From contig JBGANV010000003.1 of the NCBI GenBank assembly GCA_044222185.1, forward strand, positions 320,001 through 384,000: 64,000 bases of DNA, read 5' to 3'. The position numbers were made by a program, and so were the translations under genes. Shown here piece after piece: positions 18,164-29,000 of this stretch (position 1 is the first letter of the stretch; every line of letters starts with the position of its first letter). The notes under the pieces were generated by a model. That model saw nothing but the letters and a program-made list of their open reading frames with translations, was not told the origin of the DNA and ran no database searches. The DNA comes from Planctomycetota bacterium (GTDB lineage: Bacteria; Planctomycetota; GCA-002687715; CAIWVZ01).

Positions 18164-20737
18164 ATGTCGCACCGGTCGGTCTTGATCTGTCTCGCTCAGC
18201 TCGTCGCCCTCGCACTCCCCGCTCGATCCCAGGGGCCGCTGTTTCGCGCCCTCGAGCTCCCGATCCCGCCGGATGCGGGCAGCGTGGTCGCCACCGCCGA
18301 CTTCGACGGCGACGGCGACGTGGACATCATCACGGAGGGCGTGCCGCCGAGCCTGTTCCGGAACGATGGATCGGGACGATTCACTCGGGGCCCGACGTTC
18401 GCGGGCACGCCGTTCTCCGCGAACCTCAACTCCGTGGTCGCCACCGGCGACTTCACGGGAGACGGACGACCGGACGTGATGTTCGTCGGCAATCCGCCGG
18501 CGTCGTTGATCCTCACCGTTGCGGTCAACGGCGTCATGACGACCATCACCCCGACGACCCCGGCTACACCGCCACCGGGCGGGACGCTCGGAGCCTTCCC
18601 CACCGAGGCGACGGCCGCGGACGTCGACGGCGATGGAGACCAGGACCTGGCCGTCGCGTTCGCTGTGTCGCAGGTCAACCATCACACCGGTCCGGCCCAG
18701 GTGCGCCTATGGATCAACGTCGGCGGCAACGTCTTCGTCGACGCGACGGCGACGAACATGCCCGCGCTGGTCCTCACGAACTCGCTGGGGCTGTTCACGC
18801 TCGCCGACGTCGACCTGGACGGCGACGCGGACCTCGTCGCCTCCGATACCTATCCGGGCTTCGTCTTCTCGACGCGCGTGGCCCGAAACAACGGCTCGGG
18901 CGTCTTCACGTTGGCTCCCGCGATTCCCGGCGCAGCCCCGGGTTCCCAGGCTGGTGCCATGGCGATGACGGACCTGGACGGCGACGGCCTGCCCGACCTC
19001 ATCGGAGTCGCGGCGACCGGCTCGAGCCAGGAGGCGATCTGGAGGAACCTCGGGAACGCGACCTTCGCGGCCCCGCTCGTGACGCCGATCGCGTCCCCCC
19101 CGATCGCCTACTCCGCGGGAGACCTGGACGGCCTCCCGGGAAGCGAGGTGCTGAGATTCCGCGTCGGCACGACGGAGGTCGCGAGGTTCGTCCCCGGGTC
19201 GGGACTCGCGGCCCCGACCCAGTCGTTCCCCATGGGCATCAGTGCATACTCCCGAGTGACGGGCCTCCGGGATCTCGATGGCGACAACGACCCCGACGCG
19301 TTGGTTCGCGGCACCACCGGGTTCCGCGTCCTCTTCGACACGGCGGGCGGCGTTCTCGTGCCGACGCCCACTCCGCGGGCCGGCACGGCCGGGTACGCAG
19401 GTCTGCAGCTCGGCGACGTCAACGCCGACGGTCGCATGGACGTCCTCGCGCTGGAACTCGGAGCGACGGGCTACCGCCTCGCCGTCGAGCTGAACGACGG
19501 CACCGGTGCGTTCGCCGCGGGTGCGGCGGCGACGACGCCTTTCGGGCTCGGCACGTTCGGCGCCGGGCAGGTGGCGTTCCACGTCTTCGATGCGGACGGC
19601 GACGGAGACGCGGATGCCTTCGTGGCGCCGGGCCTCTACTCTGCCGGCACGGGTGCGACCTCGACCGGGCTCCTTCTCCGGAACATCGCCGGCACGTTCA
19701 CGGCTGCGGGAACGGTCGTCCTCCCGCCCGCGTGTCGCGCGGTCGCGAGTGGCGACCTCGACGGGGATGGCGACCTGGACCTCGTCGTCGGCGCCACGAG
19801 CCCGCCCGCGAGCGGCGGGGGAACCGGCCCGAGTTACGTGGTGTTCAATCTCGGCGGCGGCGCGTTGTCCGCGGCCGTCGCGCTCCCCGCATCGCACTTC
19901 ACGTCCGCGATCTCGGTCTTCGACGCTGACGGCGACGGAGACCTCGACATCGTGGAGGCGAACGGTGGCGGATTCCTCCCACCGACCGACGCGTCCGCAC
20001 TGTTCCTCAACAACGGCGCCGGGGTGTTCACCGCGAGTGCGAACCTTCCCGCCATTCCCGCGATCACGACCCTCGCCGCCGACATCGATGGCGACGGCGA
20101 TCGCGACCTGATCCTCGACGGCGTGATCCTCAGCAACGACGGCGCCGGGGTCTTCACGCAAGTGGCCCAGCTCCCGACGCCCTTGCTGGGCTACTTCGGG
20201 TCCACGGTCGCCGCGTTCGACGTCGATCTCGACGGTGACCTCGACATCGTCGAGTCGGGCGGATCGCTGTACGTGAACGCCGGGCTGGGAGCCTTCGCGA
20301 CTCCGGTCCCCGCGGCCAACGGGCAGTTCGGCATCGACGCGCGCGCGGTCGCCGACCTCGACGGGGACGGCGACCTCGACATCGCCGGCCCGGAGATCTA
20401 CTTCAACACGACCCGCCAACTCGCCCGAGGCGCGCTCGCTCGGCCGGGACGGGTGGCGTCTCTCGACGTACACGGCCCCGCGGGCGCCGCCTGGTTGTTG
20501 TTCGCCTCCCTGGGTCCGGCGTCCGTCGCCGCTCCACCCTATGGGACGATCCTCATCGATCCGGCGACGACCGTTCTCGTGACGTCGGGCATCTTCTCGC
20601 CGTCGGGTACGGCCACGTTCAGCGCGCTGGCGCCTGCCGGTCCCGGCGCCGTCGGCGTGAGCCTCACATGGCAGGCGTTCATCGTGGGACCGAACCGGCT
20701 CACGGGACGCAAGGTGACGACGGTGACGGCGTACTGA
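18164..20737 (+). CDS. Exported FG-GAP/VCBS repeat protein with C-terminal beta domain
   Basis: Signal peptide MSHRSVLICLAQLVALALPARSQ; many DxDGDGDxD repeats. Confidence 0.88.
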   Translation: MSHRSVLICLAQLVALALPARSQGPLFRALELPIPPDAGSVVATADFDGDGDVDIITEGVPPSLFRNDGSGRFTRGPTFAGTPFSANLNSVVATGDFTGDGRPDVMFVGNPPASLILTVAVNGVMTTITPTTPATPPPGGTLGAFPTEATAADVDGDGDQDLAVAFAVSQVNHHTGPAQVRLWINVGGNVFVDATATNMPALVLTNSLGLFTLADVDLDGDADLVASDTYPGFVFSTRVARNNGSGVFTLAPAIPGAAPGSQAGAMAMTDLDGDGLPDLIGVAATGSSQEAIWRNLGNATFAAPLVTPIASPPIAYSAGDLDGLPGSEVLRFRVGTTEVARFVPGSGLAAPTQSFPMGISAYSRVTGLRDLDGDNDPDALVRGTTGFRVLFDTAGGVLVPTPTPRAGTAGYAGLQLGDVNADGRMDVLALELGATGYRLAVELNDGTGAFAAGAAATTPFGLGTFGAGQVAFHVFDADGDGDADAFVAPGLYSAGTGATSTGLLLRNIAGTFTAAGTVVLPPACRAVASGDLDGDGDLDLVVGATSPPASGGGTGPSYVVFNLGGGALSAAVALPASHFTSAISVFDADGDGDLDIVEANGGGFLPPTDASALFLNNGAGVFTASANLPAIPAITTLAADIDGDGDRDLILDGVILSNDGAGVFTQVAQLPTPLLGYFGSTVAAFDVDLDGDLDIVESGGSLYVNAGLGAFATPVPAANGQFGIDARAVADLDGDGDLDIAGPEIYFNTTRQLARGALARPGRVASLDVHGPAGAAWLLFASLGPASVAAPPYGTILIDPATTVLVTSGIFSPSGTATFSALAPAGPGAVGVSLTWQAFIVGPNRLTGRKVTTVTAY

Positions 20738-20749
20738 CGGCGAGCGCGG

Positions 20750-23749
20750 TCACTTCATCTCGAGCCGTCGCGGTTTCGCTTCCCGCGACGGACCGTCGAC
20801 CGTGATGACGTCGGTCGCACCGAGGCCCGAATCCGTCTTCGCCTCCAGCGTGAAGCGCCCCTTCGGGAGCGAGAGGCCGTAGAGCTGAATGCGGCCCCGA
20901 TCGAGCGCAGGTCGCGTGAGGCGACCGACCTCCCACACGACGGCACCCGACTCGTCGCGCGCCACACACGTCACCACCGTCCACTTCGTGTCCGACTCCG
21001 GAAGCACGAGGTACGCATCGACCTCGAAAGCCGCCTCGCTGTGGATCTCCACGCGCCGGGTTTCACCGGCGACGAGTTGGATGTCCTGCGCGCGAATGAA
21101 GCGGGATCCCGGTGCTGCGCCGAGCCTCCACGTGCCGGGCGCCAGGTCCGCGCTCCGGAAGATGGATCCGTCGCGTTCGAAGCTCACGGTTCCGTGTCCG
21201 TCGCGATTCAGCCACGGGCGGAAGTCCTCGGGGGCGACGCCGCCGACGAGCACGACCTCGATCCGACCGGGCTTCTCGATGGACAGCGTTCCCGCATCGA
21301 CGGTCGCACCTGCAGGAACCTCGATGACCGGACTCGTCAGGAGGGTCATGCCGCCGCGGATGACCTGCAGCGTGTAACGACCGGCCGAGACGTCGCCGTG
21401 GTCGAAGGCTCCCGTGGCCTCCTCCATGTCGACGAAGAGTCCCTGGTTGCCGCCCACGGGGCGGATCGTGAGCTGCACGTCTTTCGGCGGCCGCCCGGCT
21501 TCGTCGACGACGCGACCTCGGACGCGGCCGTCGGCGAGCGCGGTGTCGGTGACGACCAGCACGAGGTCGCGTGTTCGCGGCCGCAGGCTCTTTCGCTCGG
21601 CGCGCGGGGGGATCGGCACGGAGCGCGGCGCCGCGACCGTCACGTTGTAGCGGTACTGCTCGTCGAGGTTCGCGAGGACGAACCCGCCGTCCTCGCGAGT
21701 CTCCGCCTGGCGCGGGTAGGTCATGCCATAGGGATCGGGGTCGGCGTAGACCTTCCAGCCACGCAACGGGTGCCCGTCCTTGTCCTGCACTCGCCCTTCG
21801 ATCGTCGCACCCGGGTCGAGCTTCAGCGTGACTTCCGTCGTGCGACCTGCGGCGCATTCGGCCTTCACGGTCGCGCGGCCGAGATCGGGGCGCTTTCCGA
21901 CGCGGCCGTTGAGCTCGCGGAGGCCTGGCGGGACCCAGCGAAGCGTGAAGCCTCCGTCGGCATCGGTCACCGCACGTGGCGCCGGGAACGCGTCGAAGTG
22001 CCAGCCTCCCTGATGCTCCACGGATTCGACGACGTTCGCGCCTGGCACCGCCGCGCCCGAGGCATCGACGACGCGCCCCACGATCGTCGCCGGCGTCTCC
22101 AGGGCGATCTCCATCGTCGCCGTCTCGCCTTCCTTCACGGCGACCGAGCCACTCCAGTTGGGCCAGCCGCGCGCCGTGACGGAGACCGGCTGGTCGCCCG
22201 GCGGCAGCGCACCCGGGTAGGTGAACCGACCGTCGGCATCGGTGATCACGGCGACCGGTTGTGGCGCCGTGCCCCGCACGCCGCTCGGCAGATCGATGAT
22301 GTGCCCGCCGCGTGGTCCGACCTTCACCTGGGCCCCGGCGACGGGCGCGCCAGCGGGATCGACGACGCGCCCCGCGACGGCGCCGCCTGGAGGCCCGAGC
22401 GTCAGGGTCACCGTCCGGACGCCCGCTGTATCGACGGGCATCTCGCCCACCTGGAACAGGGTCGACGGCTGGAACCCCGCGGCCCGTGCGCCGATCGAGC
22501 GGCGCGCGTTCACGTCCCGGATGAAGAATGAGCCATCGGCACCGGTCCGGCCTCGGATCGGGCTGACGTCCGCGACGAGCGTGTCGGAGACGAAGATCGA
22601 CGCGTCGGCGACGGGTCGGCCATCGGAGTCGACGACCTTCCCCGCGACGCCCTCCGCCTTCGGCAGCGTCAGTTCGACGGTGCGGGTTTCGCCCGCCTTC
22701 ACGTCCGCTTCGAAGCGCGGGCCACGGTCCGAATCGATGCTCACCGCACCGGCGAACAACGTGTCGAAGTGAGCCTCGCCGGCGTCATCCGTCCGGGCGT
22801 GGAAGCGCTCGTCTCGGGGTGCCGGGTCGCCCACACACTGAACCACGAGCGCGATCGCGCCGGCAGCACTCCCGTCCGACCACTTCAACTTCACGGTCAA
22901 CGCCCCCGTCGCGGGCTGGGTGTCGGCACGCGACTCCGCGGCGTCGCCCGGGTGGAACGGCTTCGGCACGACGGCGTTGCCCCCAGTCGACGGCGATGCG
23001 CGCTCCGCGGTGGGCGTCGGAACCGCATGGGGAGCGGAGGGAGTGGCCACGGGAGCGGGCGTGAGCAAGCCGCGCCACCAGACGAGGGCACCGACCGCCA
23101 GCACGACGAGGACAGCGACGACCTGTTTCATGACGAGTGCTCCTCCCACCAACCCGGCGCCCGATGCCGCACCCGACGCGCTTGCGACGCTGACCGCTGC
23201 ATCCCGACCGAGGGCGAGCGGGAGCAGCGACGCGAACCACGCCTCTCGACGGCCGCCGAAGCCCGCATCCAGCGCGACGCGCAGCCGCGCAAGTCCACGG
23301 GCGAGACGGGTCTTCACCGTCTTCACGGGAACGCCGCACCTCACCGCGATCTCCGTGGGCTCGAGTCCCTCCCAGTGACGCAGGTAGATGACGCTCCGGT
23401 AGGGCTCGGGAAGCGCGAGGACGCACGCGACGAGTCGCTGGCCCACCTCCATCTGCTCGACCCCGCCGTCCTGGGGAGCCACACCTTCGGGACGAGATGT
23501 CGTCCGCTCACGCGCGACGCGACGTCCCGACGCACGGCGTCCATCGCTGGCCAGGCGCCGCATCACGGTCGCGAACCAGCCCCGCACGGCGCCGGCAACG
23601 CGCGGCGGCCTCACCAGGTACCGGGCACAGGCATCCTGAAGCAGGTCGTCGGCGTCGTGCTCGCTCCCCACCAGGTGCCGCGCGAGGCTGCGCAACGACA
23701 CGAGGTGCCGCGAGAGTTCCACGAAGGTCGGGGCGTCGGAGCTGGACAT
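20750..23749 (-). CDS. ECF sigma factor fused via a TM segment to carboxypeptidase-regulatory-like (Ig-like) repeats
   Basis: N-terminal LRSLARHLVGSEHDADDLLQD...LPEPYRSVIYLRHWEGL...TVKTRLARG; TM VVAVLVVLAVGALVWW; repeated GRVVDxxGxPVxGA...TDADGxF. Confidence 0.88.
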   Translation of the reverse strand: MSSSDAPTFVELSRHLVSLRSLARHLVGSEHDADDLLQDACARYLVRPPRVAGAVRGWFATVMRRLASDGRRASGRRVARERTTSRPEGVAPQDGGVEQMEVGQRLVACVLALPEPYRSVIYLRHWEGLEPTEIAVRCGVPVKTVKTRLARGLARLRVALDAGFGGRREAWFASLLPLALGRDAAVSVASASGAASGAGLVGGALVMKQVVAVLVVLAVGALVWWRGLLTPAPVATPSAPHAVPTPTAERASPSTGGNAVVPKPFHPGDAAESRADTQPATGALTVKLKWSDGSAAGAIALVVQCVGDPAPRDERFHARTDDAGEAHFDTLFAGAVSIDSDRGPRFEADVKAGETRTVELTLPKAEGVAGKVVDSDGRPVADASIFVSDTLVADVSPIRGRTGADGSFFIRDVNARRSIGARAAGFQPSTLFQVGEMPVDTAGVRTVTLTLGPPGGAVAGRVVDPAGAPVAGAQVKVGPRGGHIIDLPSGVRGTAPQPVAVITDADGRFTYPGALPPGDQPVSVTARGWPNWSGSVAVKEGETATMEIALETPATIVGRVVDASGAAVPGANVVESVEHQGGWHFDAFPAPRAVTDADGGFTLRWVPPGLRELNGRVGKRPDLGRATVKAECAAGRTTEVTLKLDPGATIEGRVQDKDGHPLRGWKVYADPDPYGMTYPRQAETREDGGFVLANLDEQYRYNVTVAAPRSVPIPPRAERKSLRPRTRDLVLVVTDTALADGRVRGRVVDEAGRPPKDVQLTIRPVGGNQGLFVDMEEATGAFDHGDVSAGRYTLQVIRGGMTLLTSPVIEVPAGATVDAGTLSIEKPGRIEVVLVGGVAPEDFRPWLNRDGHGTVSFERDGSIFRSADLAPGTWRLGAAPGSRFIRAQDIQLVAGETRRVEIHSEAAFEVDAYLVLPESDTKWTVVTCVARDESGAVVWEVGRLTRPALDRGRIQLYGLSLPKGRFTLEAKTDSGLGATDVITVDGPSREAKPRRLEMK

Positions 23750-23873
23750 GATCCGTCGGAGGAGCTTGGCCCTCCGCAGCAGAAGACGCCGCCGGTGGCC
23801 GTGCGACCTCATTCTGCCTGGGAAAACCCTCGCGGGAGCTGGACGCCCCGAAACCCGAGGCCGTTGGGGATGC

Positions 23874-25028
23874 ATGACCCTCGCAGCCTGCACCCGATCG
23901 CGTGCCCCCATCCGTCTCGCGATCCTCACCCTGTCGGTCGCTTTCGCCTGCGGTTCGCACGCCCAGTCACCGAAGCCCGCACCGAAACCGGGCATGGGAA
24001 AGTCCGTCGCCCAAGGCGTCATCGAGGGCGACGTGGGGCGCGCGCTGGACGCATCCGTCATGCGTTTCGACTCGGATGCCGGCGGGTTCTGTGGCACGGT
24101 GCTCGTCGCCGCCGGAGGCAAGGTCCTCCTCGAGAAGGGATATGGGATGGCCGACGCGGCCGCGAAGAAGGCCATGCCGTCGGATGCGCTGTTCGACTGG
24201 GCCTCGGTGACCAAGCAGTTCACGGCCGCCGCCGTGCTCCGCCTCCAGGACAAGAAGAAGCTGAAGCTGGACGACACGCTGGCCAGGCACTGGAAGGACG
24301 CCCCGAAGAACAAAGCGGGGGTCACGCTCCGCCAGCTCCTCAATCACACCTCGGGGATCGAAGCGGGGTTCAAGAAGGAGTGGTCCTTCGACGCGCGGAG
24401 TCGGGAGTCGTTCGAGAAGCTCGCGATCGGACTCCCCATGACGTCGAAGCCGGGCGAGGCATTCGAGTACTCGAACTCGGGTTACGCACTGGCCGCCGCC
24501 ATCGTCGAGCGTGTGAGCGGAAAGACCTGGGAGGAGTTCCTCGTCGACGACCTCTTCAAACCGGCGGGCATGAAGGACGCCTGCTGCATCGGCTGGAAGA
24601 CGCTCGATCGCGCGCGTGTACCGAAGATCGACCGTGGGATGGGCTTCACCGATCGCCCCGCGGACTTCTCCTTCGCCTACGGGAACGAGCTGACCTGGGG
24701 CTACCGGGGATGTGGCGGCGTCGTCGCGACGGCCCACGACATGTTCCTGTGGGATCGCGCGCTTCGCGGCGAGAAGATCCTGTCGAAGGCCGCAAGAGAG
24801 GAGTACTACCGCGTGGGCCTGAAGGACTACGCGCTCGGCTGGGAGGTACGGAAGTCCGACCTCGGCGACCGCGTCGAGCACTCGGGCGGCGTCCTCGGCG
24901 TCGTCACCTACTACCTGCGGCTGCTCGAGAAGGACGTCGTGGTCGCGATCGCGTGCTCGTACTCGCCCAAGGACCACCCGGGAACGTTGGCGGAGGGCCT
25001 GGCGCGCAAGGCGATCGCCGGAGGGTGA
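23874..25028 (+). CDS. Exported serine hydrolase, beta-lactamase/AmpC-like superfamily
   Basis: SxxK (ASVTKQF), LLNHTSG, YSN, HSGG motifs; signal peptide. Confidence 0.88.
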   Translation: MTLAACTRSRAPIRLAILTLSVAFACGSHAQSPKPAPKPGMGKSVAQGVIEGDVGRALDASVMRFDSDAGGFCGTVLVAAGGKVLLEKGYGMADAAAKKAMPSDALFDWASVTKQFTAAAVLRLQDKKKLKLDDTLARHWKDAPKNKAGVTLRQLLNHTSGIEAGFKKEWSFDARSRESFEKLAIGLPMTSKPGEAFEYSNSGYALAAAIVERVSGKTWEEFLVDDLFKPAGMKDACCIGWKTLDRARVPKIDRGMGFTDRPADFSFAYGNELTWGYRGCGGVVATAHDMFLWDRALRGEKILSKAAREEYYRVGLKDYALGWEVRKSDLGDRVEHSGGVLGVVTYYLRLLEKDVVVAIACSYSPKDHPGTLAEGLARKAIAGG

Positions 25029-25115
25029 GCGCAACACCGCGCGGCACACCCGGCGAAAGAGGGAGCCCGACCGCTCGCAGTCCCGTATGATCCGCGGCAC
25101 GTCGCCGGAGGATCC

Positions 25116-26210
25116 ATGCGTTTCACGTCTTTCGCACTCGCCGCGCTCGTCACGCTGACATCGTCGATCGCCACGGGTCTTGCGGGCGCGCAAGGCGGAA
25201 CGCTCGTGGTCCTCAACAAGTCCGACGGGACGGCGTCGCTGATCGACCGGGCGTCCGGGCGGGTTCGCGCCACGCTTCCCGTGGGCGAAGGTCCCCACGA
25301 GGTCGCCACCTCACCGGACGGGCGTCGTGCATTCGCGTGCAACTACGGCACGCAGACGGCACCGGGGAACTCCATCACCGTTCTCGATCTGGTTGCCGAC
25401 GAGGTCGAGGCGACGTGGACGTTCGACGGTTGGACGCGGCCGCATGGGATCGCGGTCTCACCCGGCGGCACCCGCGTGTTCGTGACGTCGGAGGCGACGC
25501 AGACGCTGCGCGTCCTCGACGCCGAGAGCGGCAAGGAGATCGCCGCGATGCCGACGAAGGCGCGGCTCTCGCACATGGTGACGCTCGCGCCGGCGCAGGG
25601 TCGCGCGTTCGTAGCCAACATCGGATCCAACACGATCACCGCCGTGGATCTCGAACGTCTCACGCCGATCCAAAACGTCGCCACCGGCGCCGGGCCCGAG
25701 GGGATCGCCGTCACGCCCGACGGTCGTGAGGTCTGGGTCGGCAACCGCACGGGTGACACGATCTCGGTGATCGATGCCCGCACGCTCGCGCCGATCACGA
25801 CGATCGAGGCCAGCGGTTTCCCGATCCGCGTACAGATCTCGCCCGATGGTCGATTCGCTCTCGCGTCGCTTGCGAAAGCTGGAGCCGTCGCCGTCTACTC
25901 GGTGAAGGACAAGAAGGAGCTGCGGCGCATCCCGGTGGGCGGTGAGGCGAAGAACGCCGAGAGCCGCTTCTTCGGCTCGCAGTTCGGGTCGAGCCCCGTG
26001 CCCGTCGGGCTCGTGATCACTCCCGACGGCAAGGAAGCCTTCGTAGCGTGCGGTCAGACGGACCAGATCCTCGCCATCGATCTGGACACATGGTCCGTGT
26101 CCCGCGAGATCCGCGCGGGAAAGGAGCCCGACGGGATGGCGTTCGCGCCGTCGCCCGCGGCCGGTTCCCGTTCCGAGTCTCGCGCCACGAGCCGACCGAC
26201 CGGCCGTTGA
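25116..26210 (+). CDS. Exported YVTN/YncE-family beta-propeller protein
   Basis: GGAGG RBS, signal peptide, repeated PHGIAVSPDG-type blades. Confidence 0.87.
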   Translation: MRFTSFALAALVTLTSSIATGLAGAQGGTLVVLNKSDGTASLIDRASGRVRATLPVGEGPHEVATSPDGRRAFACNYGTQTAPGNSITVLDLVADEVEATWTFDGWTRPHGIAVSPGGTRVFVTSEATQTLRVLDAESGKEIAAMPTKARLSHMVTLAPAQGRAFVANIGSNTITAVDLERLTPIQNVATGAGPEGIAVTPDGREVWVGNRTGDTISVIDARTLAPITTIEASGFPIRVQISPDGRFALASLAKAGAVAVYSVKDKKELRRIPVGGEAKNAESRFFGSQFGSSPVPVGLVITPDGKEAFVACGQTDQILAIDLDTWSVSREIRAGKEPDGMAFAPSPAAGSRSESRATSRPTGR

Positions 26211-26400
26211 CTCCGATAACCGGCGAGGCCCGAGGGCGTTACGGATCGGAAACGACCGGCGCGATCCACCGCTTGCGTTTCACGTGCGTTCCGCACTCGG
26301 CACAGCCGTTGCGAACACGCGCCCGCATCGCCGGCGTCCCGTCGCGACGCACCACCGTGTGCGTCCTTCGGGTCTCCGGCCGTGTCACGGAGAAAGCGAC

Positions 26401-28905
26401 ATGCGTGCCACCGTCGTGCTGCTCTCGAGTTGGATCCTCGTCGGGATCTTCGCCACGTCCGGATCCCCCGGTCAGGGCCCCAGGCTCTCGTCGCTCGGCG
26501 AGGCCGGCGCGCTGCCGAAGCAGGGTGTCTACGGGCCGACGGCGCTCGCGGACTTCAACGGCGACGGCGCCCCGGACCTGCTGCGCACCGACGGGGTCGT
26601 CTTCAACGACGGGCACGGACGGTTCTCGGTCGCGGGCAACGCTCCCGGCGGGCTCTTCTCGACGGCTTATTTCACCGCGGTTGCGGACTTCGACGGAGAT
26701 GGCGACCTGGACGTCTTCGCGCCGTCGAGCGCGAGCGGGGTCGCGCTCCTCCTGAACGGCGGAGCCGGTGTGTTCACGGCGGCACCGATCGCGCCGCCGG
26801 TGCCAGGCGGCGCATCGCTCGCAACGATCTACCGCCTGGTCGCAGCAGACCTGAACGGCGACGGAGCGATGGACGTCGTCGGCGAATACAGCGCTGGACC
26901 TACGTTCGGCCTTTGCGCGTGGTTGAACTCCGGCGGCGGGACGTTCTCGGTGCTCCCGTTCAATCGGCCGCTCTCGTGCTACCTCGTCGACGTCGGCGAC
27001 GTCGATGCCGACGGCCGAGCGGACGTGGTGTTTGCCGAGGGCAATCTCGGGGGACCGGGGAATGTCGTGCGATCCGCAGCGCTCGCGAGCGGGAGCCTCG
27101 TCGTCAGCGGTTTCCTCACCTCCGTCGGGCCGAACGGTGCGATCTACGGAGCCGTCGCCGACTGGAACGGCGATGGATACGCGGACTTGATGGCGACCAC
27201 GCCGGTTTCGACGTCGAGTTCCAACGCGCTGTACACGTTCCTGCCGGGCGGAGCCAGCGGACTCGGCGCCGCGACGACATCCGCGATCACGACGACTTTC
27301 GCCTCGCGCATCCTGCCTTTCGACCTCGACGCCGCGACGCCGGCCGAGGTGCTGTGGGAGACGCCACTCGGAATCCAGATCCACGCCGTCAACCCCGCTG
27401 GTGGAACGGTCGTCGTCGCCACGCTCCCCCACACGTCGTACGGCAGCAGCCCGATCCTGACGGGCGACGTCGATTCCGACGGCGACATCGACGTGATCGG
27501 ACTGACCCCAGCGTTGCGCTCGCGCGTCTGGTTCAACGCCGGCGGCGTACTCGTCGACCCGTCGCCCGGTCTCGACGCTGCACTCCGCTCCGTCGTCTGC
27601 GCCGCCGACATCGACGGTGACGGCGATCTGGACCTCGTCGGTGACGCGCTCACGTCCCTCGAGATCAACGACGGCATCGGACATTTCGCGCACACCGCGA
27701 CGCAGCCGCCCGTGCCATTCCTCTCGCTGCCTGCGGGGTGCGTCGCAGACTTCACGGGCGATGGCCGCGCGGACCTCTTCGTCGGCGCAACGCAGGCGAC
27801 GGGCAACCATCTCGTCGCCTACGTGCCGGCGGGGACGAATTGGGCGACGTCGACGACGGCGACGAGTCCCCTTTTCTATTGCAAGCGTGCCGTCCCAGCG
27901 GACATCGAATTCGACGGCGACGCGGACGTGGTGGTCGTCGGGGACGTCGGCCCCGCGATCACGTCGCCCGGTGCAACGCCCGTTTCGCGCATCGACGTCC
28001 TGAACAACAACGGGGCCGGATCCCTGTCGCAGACCGCCTCGTTCGTCGGCCATCACTTCACCGACGTCGCCGTGATGGACTTCGACGGAGACCTGGATCT
28101 CGACATCGTGGCTTCGTGTCTGCGGGCGACATCGGTGCCAGATCCCTCGGTCGTCGCATTGAACGTGGGAGGGACGTTCGTCGTGACGCCGCTCCCGTTC
28201 ACTGTCGAGGCAGCCACGGTCGCGGCCGCGGACCTGGATGCCGACGGCGACGTCGACCTGGTCTTCGACGGTGTGGCCTACATCCGGACCGGATCGAACT
28301 GGACCGTGTCCCCCAACGTGGCGCAGGCTCCTCTCGTCGGCGGCTTCAGTCCGCACGACCTCGCCGATCTCGACGGCGATGGACGACCCGAACTCCTCAC
28401 CCACCATGGCTGGCACATAGGCCTGGGGCCTGCAGGTTTCGGCCCGGTCACCCCTTGGGAGTACGAGGCGTCCTTCCCCGGCGCCTATCCGTTCGGGCTC
28501 ACCGTCGGAGACTTCGACCGCGACGGAGACCTCGACGTTCTCACCAGCTGGTCCGTGATTCACTGGAACCTGCGCCGCCACCTCGCACAGCAGGCTCCCG
28601 TACGTCCAGGCCGCCCCGGGTCTCTATCCATGTTCGGCGCACCCGGGGCGCCATACCAGCTCGTCTACTCGTCGGCCGCAGCCCAAGCGCCAATCCCCGT
28701 TGCCGGTTGGGGGACGATCTTCATCGACCCGGCGAGCGCTGTCCTGGTCTCCCCGGCTTTCATGGATCTCGCGGGCAACGCAACTCTCACTCTCCCCTGC
28801 CCGAACAACCCGGCGTTGGTCGGACAGACGATCTGGTGGCAGGCGGCAACGCTCAACGAACTGAAACTCACCGGCGCAGTGAGGATGCAGATACTCGGGC
28901 TTTGA
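26401..28905 (+). CDS. Exported FG-GAP/VCBS repeat protein with C-terminal beta domain
   Basis: GGAG RBS; hydrophobic N-terminus; many DxDGDGDxD repeats; paralog of 18164..20737. Confidence 0.88.
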   Translation: MRATVVLLSSWILVGIFATSGSPGQGPRLSSLGEAGALPKQGVYGPTALADFNGDGAPDLLRTDGVVFNDGHGRFSVAGNAPGGLFSTAYFTAVADFDGDGDLDVFAPSSASGVALLLNGGAGVFTAAPIAPPVPGGASLATIYRLVAADLNGDGAMDVVGEYSAGPTFGLCAWLNSGGGTFSVLPFNRPLSCYLVDVGDVDADGRADVVFAEGNLGGPGNVVRSAALASGSLVVSGFLTSVGPNGAIYGAVADWNGDGYADLMATTPVSTSSSNALYTFLPGGASGLGAATTSAITTTFASRILPFDLDAATPAEVLWETPLGIQIHAVNPAGGTVVVATLPHTSYGSSPILTGDVDSDGDIDVIGLTPALRSRVWFNAGGVLVDPSPGLDAALRSVVCAADIDGDGDLDLVGDALTSLEINDGIGHFAHTATQPPVPFLSLPAGCVADFTGDGRADLFVGATQATGNHLVAYVPAGTNWATSTTATSPLFYCKRAVPADIEFDGDADVVVVGDVGPAITSPGATPVSRIDVLNNNGAGSLSQTASFVGHHFTDVAVMDFDGDLDLDIVASCLRATSVPDPSVVALNVGGTFVVTPLPFTVEAATVAAADLDADGDVDLVFDGVAYIRTGSNWTVSPNVAQAPLVGGFSPHDLADLDGDGRPELLTHHGWHIGLGPAGFGPVTPWEYEASFPGAYPFGLTVGDFDRDGDLDVLTSWSVIHWNLRRHLAQQAPVRPGRPGSLSMFGAPGAPYQLVYSSAAAQAPIPVAGWGTIFIDPASAVLVSPAFMDLAGNATLTLPCPNNPALVGQTIWWQAATLNELKLTGAVRMQILGL

Positions 28906-29000
28906 GGCGGGAGACTCCCGAGGGCTCCGAGCCAACAGGGTCAGGACCGATCGCGTCAGCACGCCCGTTGCGTAGGATCGTCGCCTTCGCGCAGGCCACG

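Noticed and set aside
23750-24343. N-terminal ~200-aa extension of the ECF fusion ORF
   Set aside because: It overlaps the divergent serine hydrolase gene; sigma homology starts at MSSSDAPTF (23749).
23874-25028. Antibiotic-resistance beta-lactamase
   Set aside because: SxxK/YxN/HxG motifs are shared by many esterases and peptidases; nothing specifically supports beta-lactamase activity.
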